Shown here in pieces: positions 1-11,209 of a stretch of DNA of 64,000 nt. The stretch covers positions 208,411 through 272,410 of the forward strand of contig DASRDX010000009.1 of assembly GCA_035652395.1 (NCBI GenBank). Reading direction: 5' to 3'. Numbering within the stretch: position 1 is the first letter of the stretch; each line of letters begins with the position of its first letter. This DNA is from Minisyncoccota bacterium (lineage in GTDB: Bacteria > Patescibacteriota > Minisyncoccia > Phycocordibacterales > CAJBRS01). The notes under the pieces are model-generated. The model saw only the letters and a program-made list of their open reading frames with translations. It made no database searches and was not told where the DNA came from. The translations under genes and the position numbers were made by a program.

Positions 1-323
1 ACGACTCCGGAAATCACGGGCTATTGTAATCAGGATTACACTTGTCAGACCAAGTTTGACGCCGCTAGAAAAGTTTATGAACGTAATGTTTTTGTCATTC
101 TAGTCATTCTTGGCATTCTATCCATCTTAGTAGCAATCTTCTGGCGAGCCGCCGGTATCGTCTCAATTGGCCTTTCCTTAGGAGGAGTCTTATCTTTAGT
201 CATCGCTTCCATTCGATACTGGGGTGATGCCCAAAACTTATTACGCGTTTTAATTTTAGCCGTAGCTCTAGCCGCCCTTATCTGGGTAGGAGTTAAAAGA
301 TTCAAAAATGAGTGAAAGAGGGA

Positions 324-2672
324 ATGAAAGAGTACAACCACAAAGAAGTTGAAGAAAAATGGCAAAAAATTTGGGAGGAAAAACAAATCTATAAGGCAGA
401 AGATAATTCAAAGAAGCCCAAATTCTATAGTCTAATTGAATTTCCGTATCCGTCCGGAGACGGTCTTCATGTTGGTCATCCTCGTCCATACATTGGCATG
501 GATGTCATTTCCCGGAAAAGACGAGCCGAAGGATTTAATGTTCTTTATCCGATAGGCTGGGATGCCTTTGGTCTGCCCACCGAAAACTATGCCATTAAGA
601 CTGGAATTGCTCCGGCCGAGGTAACCAAGCAAAACACCGATAATTTCCGCCGTCAGATCAAGATGCTCGGTACTTCTTTTGACTGGTCCCGAGAAATCAA
701 CACTACGGATCCAAAATATTACAAATGGACGCAATGGATTTTTTTGCAGCTCTACAAACATGACTTGGCTTACAAAGCCAAAGCCACTATTAATTGGTGC
801 CCGAAAGACAAAATCGGTTTAGCTAACGAGGAAGTGGTTAACGGTAGATGCGAGCGTTGTGGCACGCCGGTGGAAAAGCGGGAGAAAGAGCAATGGATTC
901 TAGCCATCACTAAATATGCCGAACGCCTTGACAAAGATCTTGACAGCGTCGATTACCTGCCGCAAATCAAAACCCAACAGCGCAACTGGATCGGCCGAAG
1001 TGAGGGAGCGGAAATAAAATTTTATCTAAACTTTACCTTCGATCCTTCGGCGAATCAGAATCGCAGCCCCGATGGGGAAAAAGCTCATATCCCAATTTTT
1101 ACCACTCGTCCGGATACTATTTTCGGCGCAACATATCTGGTGTTGGCGCCGGAGCATTTGTGGGTCACCTTAGCGACGCGTAACGATCATCACGTTTTAG
1201 AGAACAAAGAAGAAGTCCAGACTTATGTCCAGACCGTTAAAAATAAAACTGATATTGAACGAACCGCGGAAGGAAAAGAAAAGACGGGCATAGAGATTAA
1301 AGGAGTTCGAGCTATTAATCCTGCTACCAAGGAAGAAATTCCAATTTGGGTGGCAGATTACGTTCTGCCACATTACGGAACCGGCGCTATTATGGCTGTA
1401 CCAGCAGACGATAAGAGAGATGAAGAGTTTGCGGAGAAATTTAAGCTGCCGATTGTCAGGGATTATCCGAAAGCCGGATTTGAGGATTTTGGCAAAAAGG
1501 TTATTCGATTCAAGCTCCGCGACTGGATCTTTTCACGCCAGCGATATTGGGGGGAGCCGATTCCGATAATTCATTGCCCGAAATGCGGGATGGTGGCGGT
1601 GCCCGAAGAGGATTTACCGGTGATCTTGCCAGAGGTGAAAAATTATCAGCCGACTGAAACAGGGGAGTCGCCACTTTCCGCTATTTCCGATTGGGTCAAG
1701 GTGAAGTGTCCAAAGTGCGATGGAGAGGCTAAAAGAGAAACCGATACTATGCCAACATGGGCTGGTTCTAGCTGGTATTTTTTGCGCTATACCGATCCAG
1801 AAAATGATCGCGCTCTGGCTGATCCGAAAAAACTTAAATATTGGATGCCGGTTGATTGGTATAACGGTGGCATGGAGCACACCACTCTTCACTTGCTCTA
1901 CTCACGGTTTTGGAACAAGTTCCTCTTTGATATTGGAGTTGCTCCGACAAGCGAGCCATATCGGAAGAGAACTTCACATGGATTTATCCTAGCGCCCGAT
2001 GGCGAGAAGATGTCCAAATCTCGCGGCAATGTTATCAATCCGGATGATGTCGTCAATCAATTTGGAGCTGATACTTTTCGTCTGTATGAAATGTTTATGG
2101 GGCCGTTTGATCAAGCGGTAAAGTGGAGCACTGAAGGTATTCTTGGACCACGCCGATTTTTGGAAAGAATCTGGAAATTGTCCGATAAAATTTCAGAAAA
2201 TGAAACATCCAAAGAAACTAAGGCCTTACTCGAAGCAACTATTAAAAAAGTAACTGAAGATATTGAGGCAATGAGATTTAATACGGCCGTCTCAGCTTTG
2301 ATGATTATGGCCAACCAGTTTGAGAAGGAGGAATCTATTAGGAAAACCGATTATGAAAAGTTTTTAGTCTTGTTATCAGTTTTCTGCCCGCACATTTGCG
2401 AGGAATTGTGGCAAATGTGCGGGCACTCCGACTCCATTCAAGAAGCCGCCTGGCCTTCCTACGATCAATCCCTAATCCGCGAAGAAAAGGTGACAATTGT
2501 GGTTCAAATTAACGGCCGCCTGCGGGCCAGTTTGGAATCGAACCCCGATAAAGACGAAGCTGGAATAACCGAAGCGGCCAAAGCCATTCCGGAAGTCCAA
2601 AAATGGCTTCTTGGCCAAACTATTAAAAAAGTCATTTTTGTCCCCAATAAGCTAATAAATTTTGTCATTTAG
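324..2672 (+). CDS. leuS: Leucyl-tRNA synthetase
   Basis: HVGH (HIGH-type) motif and KMSKS motif are present, and the LeuRS N-terminal consensus MKEYNHKEVEEKWQKIW matches. The ORF track starts at GTG 312; the first ATG is at 324. Confidence 0.93.
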   Translation: MKEYNHKEVEEKWQKIWEEKQIYKAEDNSKKPKFYSLIEFPYPSGDGLHVGHPRPYIGMDVISRKRRAEGFNVLYPIGWDAFGLPTENYAIKTGIAPAEVTKQNTDNFRRQIKMLGTSFDWSREINTTDPKYYKWTQWIFLQLYKHDLAYKAKATINWCPKDKIGLANEEVVNGRCERCGTPVEKREKEQWILAITKYAERLDKDLDSVDYLPQIKTQQRNWIGRSEGAEIKFYLNFTFDPSANQNRSPDGEKAHIPIFTTRPDTIFGATYLVLAPEHLWVTLATRNDHHVLENKEEVQTYVQTVKNKTDIERTAEGKEKTGIEIKGVRAINPATKEEIPIWVADYVLPHYGTGAIMAVPADDKRDEEFAEKFKLPIVRDYPKAGFEDFGKKVIRFKLRDWIFSRQRYWGEPIPIIHCPKCGMVAVPEEDLPVILPEVKNYQPTETGESPLSAISDWVKVKCPKCDGEAKRETDTMPTWAGSSWYFLRYTDPENDRALADPKKLKYWMPVDWYNGGMEHTTLHLLYSRFWNKFLFDIGVAPTSEPYRKRTSHGFILAPDGEKMSKSRGNVINPDDVVNQFGADTFRLYEMFMGPFDQAVKWSTEGILGPRRFLERIWKLSDKISENETSKETKALLEATIKKVTEDIEAMRFNTAVSALMIMANQFEKEESIRKTDYEKFLVLLSVFCPHICEELWQMCGHSDSIQEAAWPSYDQSLIREEKVTIVVQINGRLRASLESNPDKDEAGITEAAKAIPEVQKWLLGQTIKKVIFVPNKLINFVI

Positions 2673-2703
2673 AGCTTATTTTTAGCCATTTTAACTAGTC
2701 TAT

Positions 2704-3772
<1,069 letters not shown>

Positions 3773-3794
3773 GGAGTACATTTGAGCTAAAATA

Positions 3795-5036
3795 TTGAAT
3801 ATGAATGTTTTTTATGCGGTTTACGTGCTGTTAATAGTGGCCATTCCGTTCTTTTTTATCTACGCCTTCGTTCGCTTGTGGCTGCGCTATGCCCGAACAG
3901 ATTTCGAATCAAGACAAAAATACACTTTGCTTGAATTGAAGGTACCTCGCGAAATCACCAAATCGCCGGCTGCCATGGAGATCTTTCTGACCGCTCTATA
4001 TCAGACTGGGGCCGCCACCTATCTTGAAACTTATTGGCAGGGAAAACTCCGACCGGTTTTTTCCTTGGAACTCGTCTCGCTTGAGGGTCGAGTACATTTT
4101 TATATTTGGACTCGTCAGGCTTGGAAAAATATCATTGAGTCGCAAATTTATGCTCAGTATCCGACGGTGGAAGTAGTGGAAGTTTCTGATTACACCGACA
4201 TGATCGAGCACGCCGAGAATGACATGGTGATGTGGGGCACTTATTTTAAGAAAAAAGAGGATGAGGTTTACCCCATCAAAACTTATATTGACTACGGACT
4301 AGATCAAAATCCGAAAGAGGAACACAAGGTGGATCCGATGACTTCGGTCTTGGAATATCTCGGCTCACTGCATCAGAACGAATATGCTTGGATTCAAATT
4401 ATCATCCAAGCTCATAAGAGTGAGGGAATAAAAGAAGGGCGGATTTTTCACGCCAAGAAAAATGATTGGAAAGATGCGGTAAAAGAAGAAATTCAGAAAA
4501 TTCGCGAGGAAATCTTAAAAAGCGGCGGCGAAAATATTCGCGTACCGAATCCTACCAGAGCCCAGCAGGAATTAATCGCCTCCATGGAGCGTAATCTGGC
4601 TAAATTTCCTTTTGAATGCTGCATTCGGGGCATCTATCTTGCCAAGGGCGAAATCTTCAACAATCACTTGGGGATCTCAGGTTTAATTGGCAGCTTCCGT
4701 CAGTATTCCTCTCCGTCACGTTTAAATAATATTTCTTTGGGCTGGTTTACCGATCACGACGACTTTGGCAAAGATATGCTGACTTTGTTTGGCTGGTTTC
4801 CGCCGCTTCGAAACGCCATGCGTCGGCGGCGAGATCGGATGGAAAGACATATGCTTGAAGCTTACAAACATCGCGGAGCTTTTGAGCCTCCCTTTACCGA
4901 TCATCATGAGCCGTTTGTTATGACTACCGAGGAGCTTGCCACCGTCTTTCACTTTCCGGGTGAAGTGGCCGCTACACCTACCTTTGATCGCATTCCGGCT
5001 AAGAAAGCCGAAGCGCCTTCTAACTTACCGATTTAA
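3795..5036 (+). CDS. Hypothetical membrane-anchored protein
   Basis: 413-aa ORF with an N-terminal TM helix and protein-like composition. No motif recognised. Confidence 0.5.
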   Translation: MNMNVFYAVYVLLIVAIPFFFIYAFVRLWLRYARTDFESRQKYTLLELKVPREITKSPAAMEIFLTALYQTGAATYLETYWQGKLRPVFSLELVSLEGRVHFYIWTRQAWKNIIESQIYAQYPTVEVVEVSDYTDMIEHAENDMVMWGTYFKKKEDEVYPIKTYIDYGLDQNPKEEHKVDPMTSVLEYLGSLHQNEYAWIQIIIQAHKSEGIKEGRIFHAKKNDWKDAVKEEIQKIREEILKSGGENIRVPNPTRAQQELIASMERNLAKFPFECCIRGIYLAKGEIFNNHLGISGLIGSFRQYSSPSRLNNISLGWFTDHDDFGKDMLTLFGWFPPLRNAMRRRRDRMERHMLEAYKHRGAFEPPFTDHHEPFVMTTEELATVFHFPGEVAATPTFDRIPAKKAEAPSNLPI

Positions 5037-6019
5037 TGTCTTGGAACAATCAGCTTAAAGAGAAGGCCAAAATTCTGTTCCAGCGACTCGGTCTTTACGG
5101 CATTTTAATTATTTGCGTCCTCCTATTTTGTTTTTATTTATTCTTTTTTCAGACACCGCGCAATTTCAAACCCGACTCAACTATCAAGATCGAAGCCGGG
5201 CAAAGCGTTTATTCGGTGACGCGCGAGATGACAAAAGAGGGCATTATAAATTCTTCTTTTTGGCTGACCAATTTAATTATTTTAACCGGCGGCGAGCATC
5301 GAGTAGTCGCCGGCTATTATCTGTTTCAGAGTCCGGAAAATCTTTTTACCATTGCTCATCGCATTACACACGGAAAGTTCGGCATTGTTCAGATCAAGGT
5401 CACTATTCCTGAAGGCCTGAATGTTTCAGAGATCGCCGATATTTATAAACAGAAATTCAATCTTTTCGATGAAGAGGGATTCTTGAGTCTGGCCAAGCCG
5501 AAGGAAGGATATCTATTTCCGGAAACTTATTTTTTCATTCCAACGGTTACGCCCGCAGAAGTTGTTACCATGATGTCTACCACTTTTAATCAGAAAATTG
5601 CCCCCCTGGAGCCCGCTTTGGCCACTTCCAGTCATTCTTTGAACGAAATCATTACTATGGCCTCGATTTTGGAAGGCGAGGCCAAGACTGTAGAGGATAA
5701 GAAAATCGTCTCCGGTATTCTTTGGCAGCGGCTGGCGGATGGGGTGGCTCTGGGAGTAGATTCCACTTTTAAATACATTAACGGCAAAAGTTCGGCTGAA
5801 TTAACTGCCGCCGATCTCAAAACTAAATCTCCCTATAATACTTATCTAAATCGCGGCCTGCCACCGACTCCAATTTCCAATCCAGGTCTTGAATCCATTG
5901 AAGCGGCTCTTAATCCAACTATCACCGATTATTACTATTTCCTTTCCGATAAAGAGGGGAATATTCACTATGCCAAGACTCTGAAGGAGCATCTGGCCAA
6001 TATTAAAAAGTATCTTTGA
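5036..6019 (+). CDS. mltG: Endolytic murein transglycosylase MltG (YceG family)
   Basis: N-terminal TM followed by a YceG-like domain. The C-terminal SPYNTYLNRGLPPTPISNPG signature is present. The ATG overlaps the upstream stop (TAATG). Confidence 0.8.
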   Translation: MSWNNQLKEKAKILFQRLGLYGILIICVLLFCFYLFFFQTPRNFKPDSTIKIEAGQSVYSVTREMTKEGIINSSFWLTNLIILTGGEHRVVAGYYLFQSPENLFTIAHRITHGKFGIVQIKVTIPEGLNVSEIADIYKQKFNLFDEEGFLSLAKPKEGYLFPETYFFIPTVTPAEVVTMMSTTFNQKIAPLEPALATSSHSLNEIITMASILEGEAKTVEDKKIVSGILWQRLADGVALGVDSTFKYINGKSSAELTAADLKTKSPYNTYLNRGLPPTPISNPGLESIEAALNPTITDYYYFLSDKEGNIHYAKTLKEHLANIKKYL

Positions 6020-6051
6020 GATTCTCGGCTTCTTTGTGTTAAATTGTCTGA

Positions 6052-7113
6052 ATGCTAAAGAAAGCTAAAAAAGTTTTTGTCGCCATGTCCGGCGGAGTGG
6101 ATTCGTCTGTTTCGGCCGCGTTGCTCCAAAAGGCCGGCTATGATGTTACTGGAGTATTCATAAAAGTCTGGCAGCCGGACTTTATTCATTGCACTTGGAA
6201 GGAAGATAGGAGGGATGCCATGCGGGTGGCCGCTCTTTTGGATATTCCGTTTTTAACTTTGGATTTAGAAAAGGAATACAAAAAGGAAGTGGTGGACTAC
6301 ATGCTGGCCGAATATAAAGCCGGACGAACACCCAATCCGGACGTTATGTGCAATCAGCAGATTAAATTCGGCGCTTATTATCGATGGGCTCTGAAGCAGG
6401 GAGCGGATTATGTCGCCACTGGTCATTATGCACGGGTGACCCGAAGTCAATTATTTGAAGGAAAGGATAAAAACAAAGACCAAAGCTACTTTTTGTGGAC
6501 TTTAACGAAAGATCAATTAGCGCATATCTTGTTTCCGATCGGAGATTTCAAAAAAGAAAAGGTTCGGCAGCTTGCCAAAAAATTCAAGCTGCCGAACGCC
6601 GAGAAAAAGGACAGCCAAGGCCTCTGCTTTATCGGCAAAGTGGATATGAAGGAATTTTTATCCCACTTTATTAAGCCTAAGGCAGGGAAGGTGGTAGATG
6701 AAGAGGGAAATACCCTCGGCGATCATAACGGCGCCTTCTTTTTCACTATTGGCGAAAGACATGGGTTTAATATCACTAAAAAATCTCCGAAAGATAAGCC
6801 CTATTATGTTATCGGCAAGGATCTGAAGAAGAACTTACTTATCGTTTCTGATCGGTCGAAAATAGCTGAAGAAAGCAAAAAAAGAAAAAGCTGCAGCTTA
6901 TCAGCCGTTAATTGGATAGAAAACCCGACAACCGGCAAGAATTACACTTGTCGAATTCGCTATAGACAAGAAAAGCAGAAATGTACCATAAAAAGGCGCG
7001 GCAAAAACTTCGAAGCCGTTTTTGCCGCGCCCCAAACCACCTTGGCCTCCGGCCAATCTCTCGTTCTCTATGAGCAAGAAAAATGTCTGGGCGGGGGAGT
7101 AATAGAGGTATAG
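6052..7113 (+). CDS. mnmA: tRNA-specific 2-thiouridylase MnmA
   Basis: PP-loop motif VAMSGGVDSSV is present, together with the conserved central and C-terminal MnmA regions. Confidence 0.93.
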   Translation: MLKKAKKVFVAMSGGVDSSVSAALLQKAGYDVTGVFIKVWQPDFIHCTWKEDRRDAMRVAALLDIPFLTLDLEKEYKKEVVDYMLAEYKAGRTPNPDVMCNQQIKFGAYYRWALKQGADYVATGHYARVTRSQLFEGKDKNKDQSYFLWTLTKDQLAHILFPIGDFKKEKVRQLAKKFKLPNAEKKDSQGLCFIGKVDMKEFLSHFIKPKAGKVVDEEGNTLGDHNGAFFFTIGERHGFNITKKSPKDKPYYVIGKDLKKNLLIVSDRSKIAEESKKRKSCSLSAVNWIENPTTGKNYTCRIRYRQEKQKCTIKRRGKNFEAVFAAPQTTLASGQSLVLYEQEKCLGGGVIEV

Positions 7114-7151
7114 TCGTTAAAGATTTAATAAATTGAAACTTCACTACGGGG

Positions 7152-7157
7152 TATAAT
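7152..7157 (+). promoter_or_regulatory. -10 hexamer TATAAT 6 nt upstream of ATG 7164 (leaderless arrangement)
   Basis: Sequence ggggTATAATaatcatATG. Confidence 0.4.
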
Positions 7158-7163
7158 AATCAT

Positions 7164-8009
7164 ATGCATAAATCCAATATTCAAATCATCAAAAATACTG
7201 GCGAAAGGGAATTTTTTGATCCGGAAAAGCTAATTGACTCCTTGCGAGACGCCGGTGCCGACAAATTGGTGATTGAAAAAGTAGTGAAGCATATTGAAGA
7301 TGAACTTCACGATGGTATGACTACGCGGGCTATTTATGATCACGCTTTTCAATATTTAAAAAAGCTCCAAAGGCCGGTAGCCGCCCGCTATTCGCTGAAA
7401 AAAGCTATTGCCGAGCTTGGACCAACCGGTTTTCCTTTTGAAGATTACGTGGCTAGAATTTTTAGCTCTCGGGGTTATAAAACCCTAACGGATCAAATGG
7501 TGCTGGGAAGCTGCGTCCCGCACGAAGTTGATATTGTGGCCTGGAACAAGGAGAAGCTCATCATGTGCGAAGTGAAATTCCATAATGAAACTAGTCCGAA
7601 GACTGATCTAAAAGTGGCTCTTTACGTGAAGGCTCGCTTTGACGATCTGAAAGCTAACATTTTTGATTACGGACACGAACGCCGGCTGGATGAAGGTTGG
7701 CTCATCACCAATACTAAATTCACTGAAACAGCTATTCACTATGGCGAGTGCTACGGTCTCAAAATGGTCGGCTGGGATTATCCGAAAAAGGGCAATCTTC
7801 AACAATTCATTGAAGACCAAGAGCTTCATCCCATTACCTGTCTCACCACTCTAACCTCCGCTGAAAAGACCGACCTTCTCGCTAACAAAATCGTCCTCTG
7901 CCGCGAACTCTTAGAAAATCACCATCATCTCTTTACGCACCTCCCCGACGCCCAAAAACGCCTCCCCGAAATTTTGGAGGAAATAAACTATCTGACAGGA
8001 CAGAAGTAA
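7164..8009 (+). CDS. ATP-cone domain fused to Mrr-like restriction endonuclease (PD-(D/E)xK) domain protein
   Basis: N-terminal IQIIKNTGEREFFDPEKLIDSLRDAG...VVKHIEDEL has an ATP-cone-like pattern. The central VDIVAWNKEKLIMCEVKF region is a D...E.K nuclease core of Mrr_cat type. Confidence 0.65.
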   Translation: MHKSNIQIIKNTGEREFFDPEKLIDSLRDAGADKLVIEKVVKHIEDELHDGMTTRAIYDHAFQYLKKLQRPVAARYSLKKAIAELGPTGFPFEDYVARIFSSRGYKTLTDQMVLGSCVPHEVDIVAWNKEKLIMCEVKFHNETSPKTDLKVALYVKARFDDLKANIFDYGHERRLDEGWLITNTKFTETAIHYGECYGLKMVGWDYPKKGNLQQFIEDQELHPITCLTTLTSAEKTDLLANKIVLCRELLENHHHLFTHLPDAQKRLPEILEEINYLTGQK

Positions 8010-8061
8010 ATTTTTTCTGAATTTGAAATAAACTCATTTTTATGGCATAATCCATTAAATA

Positions 8062-9027
8062 ATGGCCAATTTATTTCGGATCACAGCTAGTAATCCAGAG
8101 GCTTACCAGCATTACATCGATACAATCGAGCGAGGTTTTCCGTTAGATTCAGTCACTAGTTTTCTTGACCAAGATCAAATCTTTGCATTAAGAAATATCT
8201 ACGGTGATAAGCTAATTCGGGCTTGGGGTGCTACTGCAGGGTCTGGAAATATTCGAACTTGGCATCAACTTAATATTGGCGACCCCATTTTAATTTATCG
8301 AAAAGGCAATTTTGAATATTACGCTTTTGTAACTTTTAAAATCCACAATAAGGATTTGGCGAAACATTTGTGGCGCACCAATCCCCAGGGAGAAACCTGG
8401 GAATATGTTTACTTTTTAGATGGTCTGGTGGAAATTTCTGTTCCCCTCAAAATTTTTAATGAATTAATGGGATTTAACGAAGCTTTTCGACCATATGGGT
8501 TTGCCGCTACCGAATCAATGCGGTTAAATAGAATTGAAAATAAATTTGGATCAGTAATAGATTTTCTTAATTACCTTCGTGAAGGAAAATGGGTGGACAA
8601 AGAAACTCAGTATCCTGCTGAAGTCAAAGAAAATATTATAAAGGAGAGATTATTACGCCCTATTGGGAACACCACCATATTGGAAGCTAACCTCGAGAAT
8701 CTGATTGTCGATAAGGTTAGTGAAATTGAACCCGGCCTCAATCTCATTGGAAGACAAGTAGATACTAAAGAAGTCGGCCGATTAGATCTGTTGTGTGAAG
8801 ATAAGGATAAAAATCTGGTGGTCATCGAATTAAAAAGAGCGGCTGCTGGACCATCTATTATTGAACAGATTCAACGATATATGGGCTGGGCCATAAAGCA
8901 CCGAGCACAACCTGGTCAGCGAGTGCGAGGCATCATTATAGCCGGATCAAAAGATACTGCCTTAGAATACGCCGTTAGTGCAAATCCTTTAATGGAAGTA
9001 AAGACTTTCAATTTGTCTATTCAGTAG
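8062..9027 (+). CDS. NucS/EndoMS-like (DUF91) PD-(D/E)xK endonuclease domain protein with an N-terminal beta-barrel (PUA/EVE-like?) domain
   Basis: C-terminal EPGLNLIGRQVDTKEVGRLDLLCEDKDKNLVVIELKRAAAGPSIIEQIQRY matches the NucS C-terminal nuclease signature. Assignment of the N-terminal domain is inference. Confidence 0.6.
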   Translation: MANLFRITASNPEAYQHYIDTIERGFPLDSVTSFLDQDQIFALRNIYGDKLIRAWGATAGSGNIRTWHQLNIGDPILIYRKGNFEYYAFVTFKIHNKDLAKHLWRTNPQGETWEYVYFLDGLVEISVPLKIFNELMGFNEAFRPYGFAATESMRLNRIENKFGSVIDFLNYLREGKWVDKETQYPAEVKENIIKERLLRPIGNTTILEANLENLIVDKVSEIEPGLNLIGRQVDTKEVGRLDLLCEDKDKNLVVIELKRAAAGPSIIEQIQRYMGWAIKHRAQPGQRVRGIIIAGSKDTALEYAVSANPLMEVKTFNLSIQ

Positions 9028-9105
9028 ATCATACAAGAAGTCAGAATTGACAACAGCTTATACAAGAATTGGGCGGCTGGCCCACTTCTGTGATAAAAAT
9101 AACGA

Positions 9106-10494
9106 ATGTCCTCGAGACCTTTTCACGATGAATACAGCGATGAGCCAGAATTACAAGCTGGTGACAAAGTGGCATTTGGGAAATGGTTAACAATAACCCA
9201 TCCTTATAAAAATTGCCCAAATTGCAGACGTCGAGTCTTAGGCAATCCGATGATGCATAGCGGTGAGACCTATGTTATGGCATGTCTTTTGTGCGATTAC
9301 ACTGAGGGTTTGAATCTTCCAAAATTAAAAAAGAAAGTAATCTATCTAGATCAGTTCGTATTTGACAATATCGTAAAAACTTTGGATCCAAAGCACCCTA
9401 AGCACTCTCAAGTTATTAAGGAGCCATTCTGGAAGGAGGTATTTGAAAAGCTTGAAGGACCTACCAGAGCAGAACTTATTGTTTGTCCAGATTCATTTTT
9501 CCATATAGATGAATCGGCTCCAACAGATTATTTTAAGTCATTAGAAAGAATCTACGAACATTTTTCTGGAGGAGTCACCTTCTTAAATAACGCTAAAATT
9601 ACTGAACAACAGGTGGTCAATTACTTTAAAAACTGGCTAATCGGAAAAGATGTAATACCTGTTCTTGATCCATCTCAAATTGTGATAGGAGATCTAAATA
9701 AGTGGCACGACCGGATGAAAGTCAGTATAAGTATGCAGCCCAAAGAAGAAGAGATTAAAGAGAAGCTGGAACATAAGAAAAAAGGGTATAAGTTTTTTTG
9801 TGAAGTGTTCCGGCGGTGGCAGACAGAAACGCAGAGGAAATTTGACGATTGGTATCGTGAAGAGATTGGTGGATTTGCCAAGGGCACAATTCTTGCTGCA
9901 AAAAATTTCCAGGAACGCCAAACGGCTTTTTTGATGAACTATGTGCCAGGTCAAATAATTGATCTAAATAATATTTTACCGCCCCCTAGTGTTGATTTGC
10001 TTAAAAAATTAATGAATGAAGCATTTATAGCAGGAGCGTCCGATCAACAAGATTGTGTTAAAAAAGTGCTTGATTTTATGCAGATTGAGAATCTACAAAA
10101 AATACCTGCCATAAGAATTCAAAGTCTTATCTATGCCGCCCTTGCAGATCAGGCCGCTCATGGAAGAAAAAATCTACCTTCTCCCGGAGTCCAAGCGGAT
10201 ACTGATATGATCTCCGGGCTACTTCCATATTGTGATGCCATCTTTGTTGATAAGGAAAACGCAGCTCTTCTAGAAGATGGCCGAGTAAAAGGAAAGCTAG
10301 GAGTAAATACAAAAATATTTTCTCTCAGAAACAAGGAAGCTTTCCTTAATTATTTAGATAATATATTGTTAAAAGCTGATAATGATCATCTTAGATTTGT
10401 TCAGCAGATATATGGAAAGGATTGGGCGAAACCCTATCTGACAATAATTGAGGACATGGATAAATATGAAACCAATAATGGGAGCGACAAGTAA
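9106..10494 (+). CDS. Hypothetical protein with N-terminal zinc-ribbon (CPNC...CLLC)
   Basis: 462-aa ORF with an N-terminal CxxC...CxxC pair. No other recognisable motif. Confidence 0.5.
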   Translation: MSSRPFHDEYSDEPELQAGDKVAFGKWLTITHPYKNCPNCRRRVLGNPMMHSGETYVMACLLCDYTEGLNLPKLKKKVIYLDQFVFDNIVKTLDPKHPKHSQVIKEPFWKEVFEKLEGPTRAELIVCPDSFFHIDESAPTDYFKSLERIYEHFSGGVTFLNNAKITEQQVVNYFKNWLIGKDVIPVLDPSQIVIGDLNKWHDRMKVSISMQPKEEEIKEKLEHKKKGYKFFCEVFRRWQTETQRKFDDWYREEIGGFAKGTILAAKNFQERQTAFLMNYVPGQIIDLNNILPPPSVDLLKKLMNEAFIAGASDQQDCVKKVLDFMQIENLQKIPAIRIQSLIYAALADQAAHGRKNLPSPGVQADTDMISGLLPYCDAIFVDKENAALLEDGRVKGKLGVNTKIFSLRNKEAFLNYLDNILLKADNDHLRFVQQIYGKDWAKPYLTIIEDMDKYETNNGSDK

Positions 10495-10572
10495 TTTTTC
10501 GCCAACAGGGCGACACCTTTTATTTCTTGGGAGCAAGTGAGGAAATTTAAATGAATAAGATATAATCAAGAT

Positions 10573-11172
10573 ATGAGAAAAATTATTGTTTTATCTTTTA
10601 TTAGTCTAGATGGGGTAATGCAGGCGCCGGGCGGCCCGGACGAAGATACTTCGAGCGGGTTTAAATACGGGGGCTGGACCTTTCCATACTTTGATGAAGC
10701 GGCGGGGAAGCTGATGGATGAGCAGATGAAAGAGCCCTTTAGTTTGCTTTTGGGGCGAAAAACTTATGACATCTTTGCCAATTATTGGCCGCAACATGGA
10801 GAGAATTGGCCCGGAGTAAATAAAGCTCAAAAATACGTGGCTTCAAACACTTTGACCGAGGCCAAATGGGAAAACAGTGTCATTTTAAATGGGGATGTGG
10901 TATCCGCCGTGAAGAAATTGAAAGAGGAAGATGGGCCGGATCTTCAGGTTTATGGTTCCGGCAATTTCATTCAAACTCTTCTTAAGAACGATTTAGTGGA
11001 TGAATTATGGCTGAAAACCTTTCCCGTAACTCTTGGTGGTGGTAAGAAATTGTTTGCCGAGGGTACGATTCCGGCTGCATTTAAATTGCTGGAGTCTAAA
11101 TCTACACCCAGCGGAGTAATTTTCGCCAATTACAAGAGAGATGGGGAAGTAAAAACCGGTTCTTTTTCCTAG
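10573..11172 (+). CDS. Dihydrofolate reductase family protein (RibD C-terminal domain type)
   Basis: IIVLSFISLDGVMQAPGG...GRKTYDIF...VYGSGNF pattern of the YwjB/RibD_C family. Confidence 0.75.
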   Translation: MRKIIVLSFISLDGVMQAPGGPDEDTSSGFKYGGWTFPYFDEAAGKLMDEQMKEPFSLLLGRKTYDIFANYWPQHGENWPGVNKAQKYVASNTLTEAKWENSVILNGDVVSAVKKLKEEDGPDLQVYGSGNFIQTLLKNDLVDELWLKTFPVTLGGGKKLFAEGTIPAAFKLLESKSTPSGVIFANYKRDGEVKTGSFS

Positions 11173-11209
11173 CCTCTAAACAGGAATTGAAAAGTGTTAT
11201 ACTGCTCGC

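Noticed and set aside
432-761. 109-aa minus-strand ORF inside leuS, and similar antisense ORFs within conserved genes (16290-16637, 23183-23551, 26859-27461, 37582-38181, 40727-41110, 47563-47832).
   Set aside because: They lie entirely antisense to strongly conserved genes (leuS, alaS, rpsI, dnaJ, aspS, scpA, M23) and have skewed composition. Treated as shadow ORFs.
11187-11192. TTGAAA as the -35 element for the Cas4-like gene promoter.
   Set aside because: Only 5 nt separate it from the TATACT -10. Spacing is incompatible, so the -35 is left undefined.
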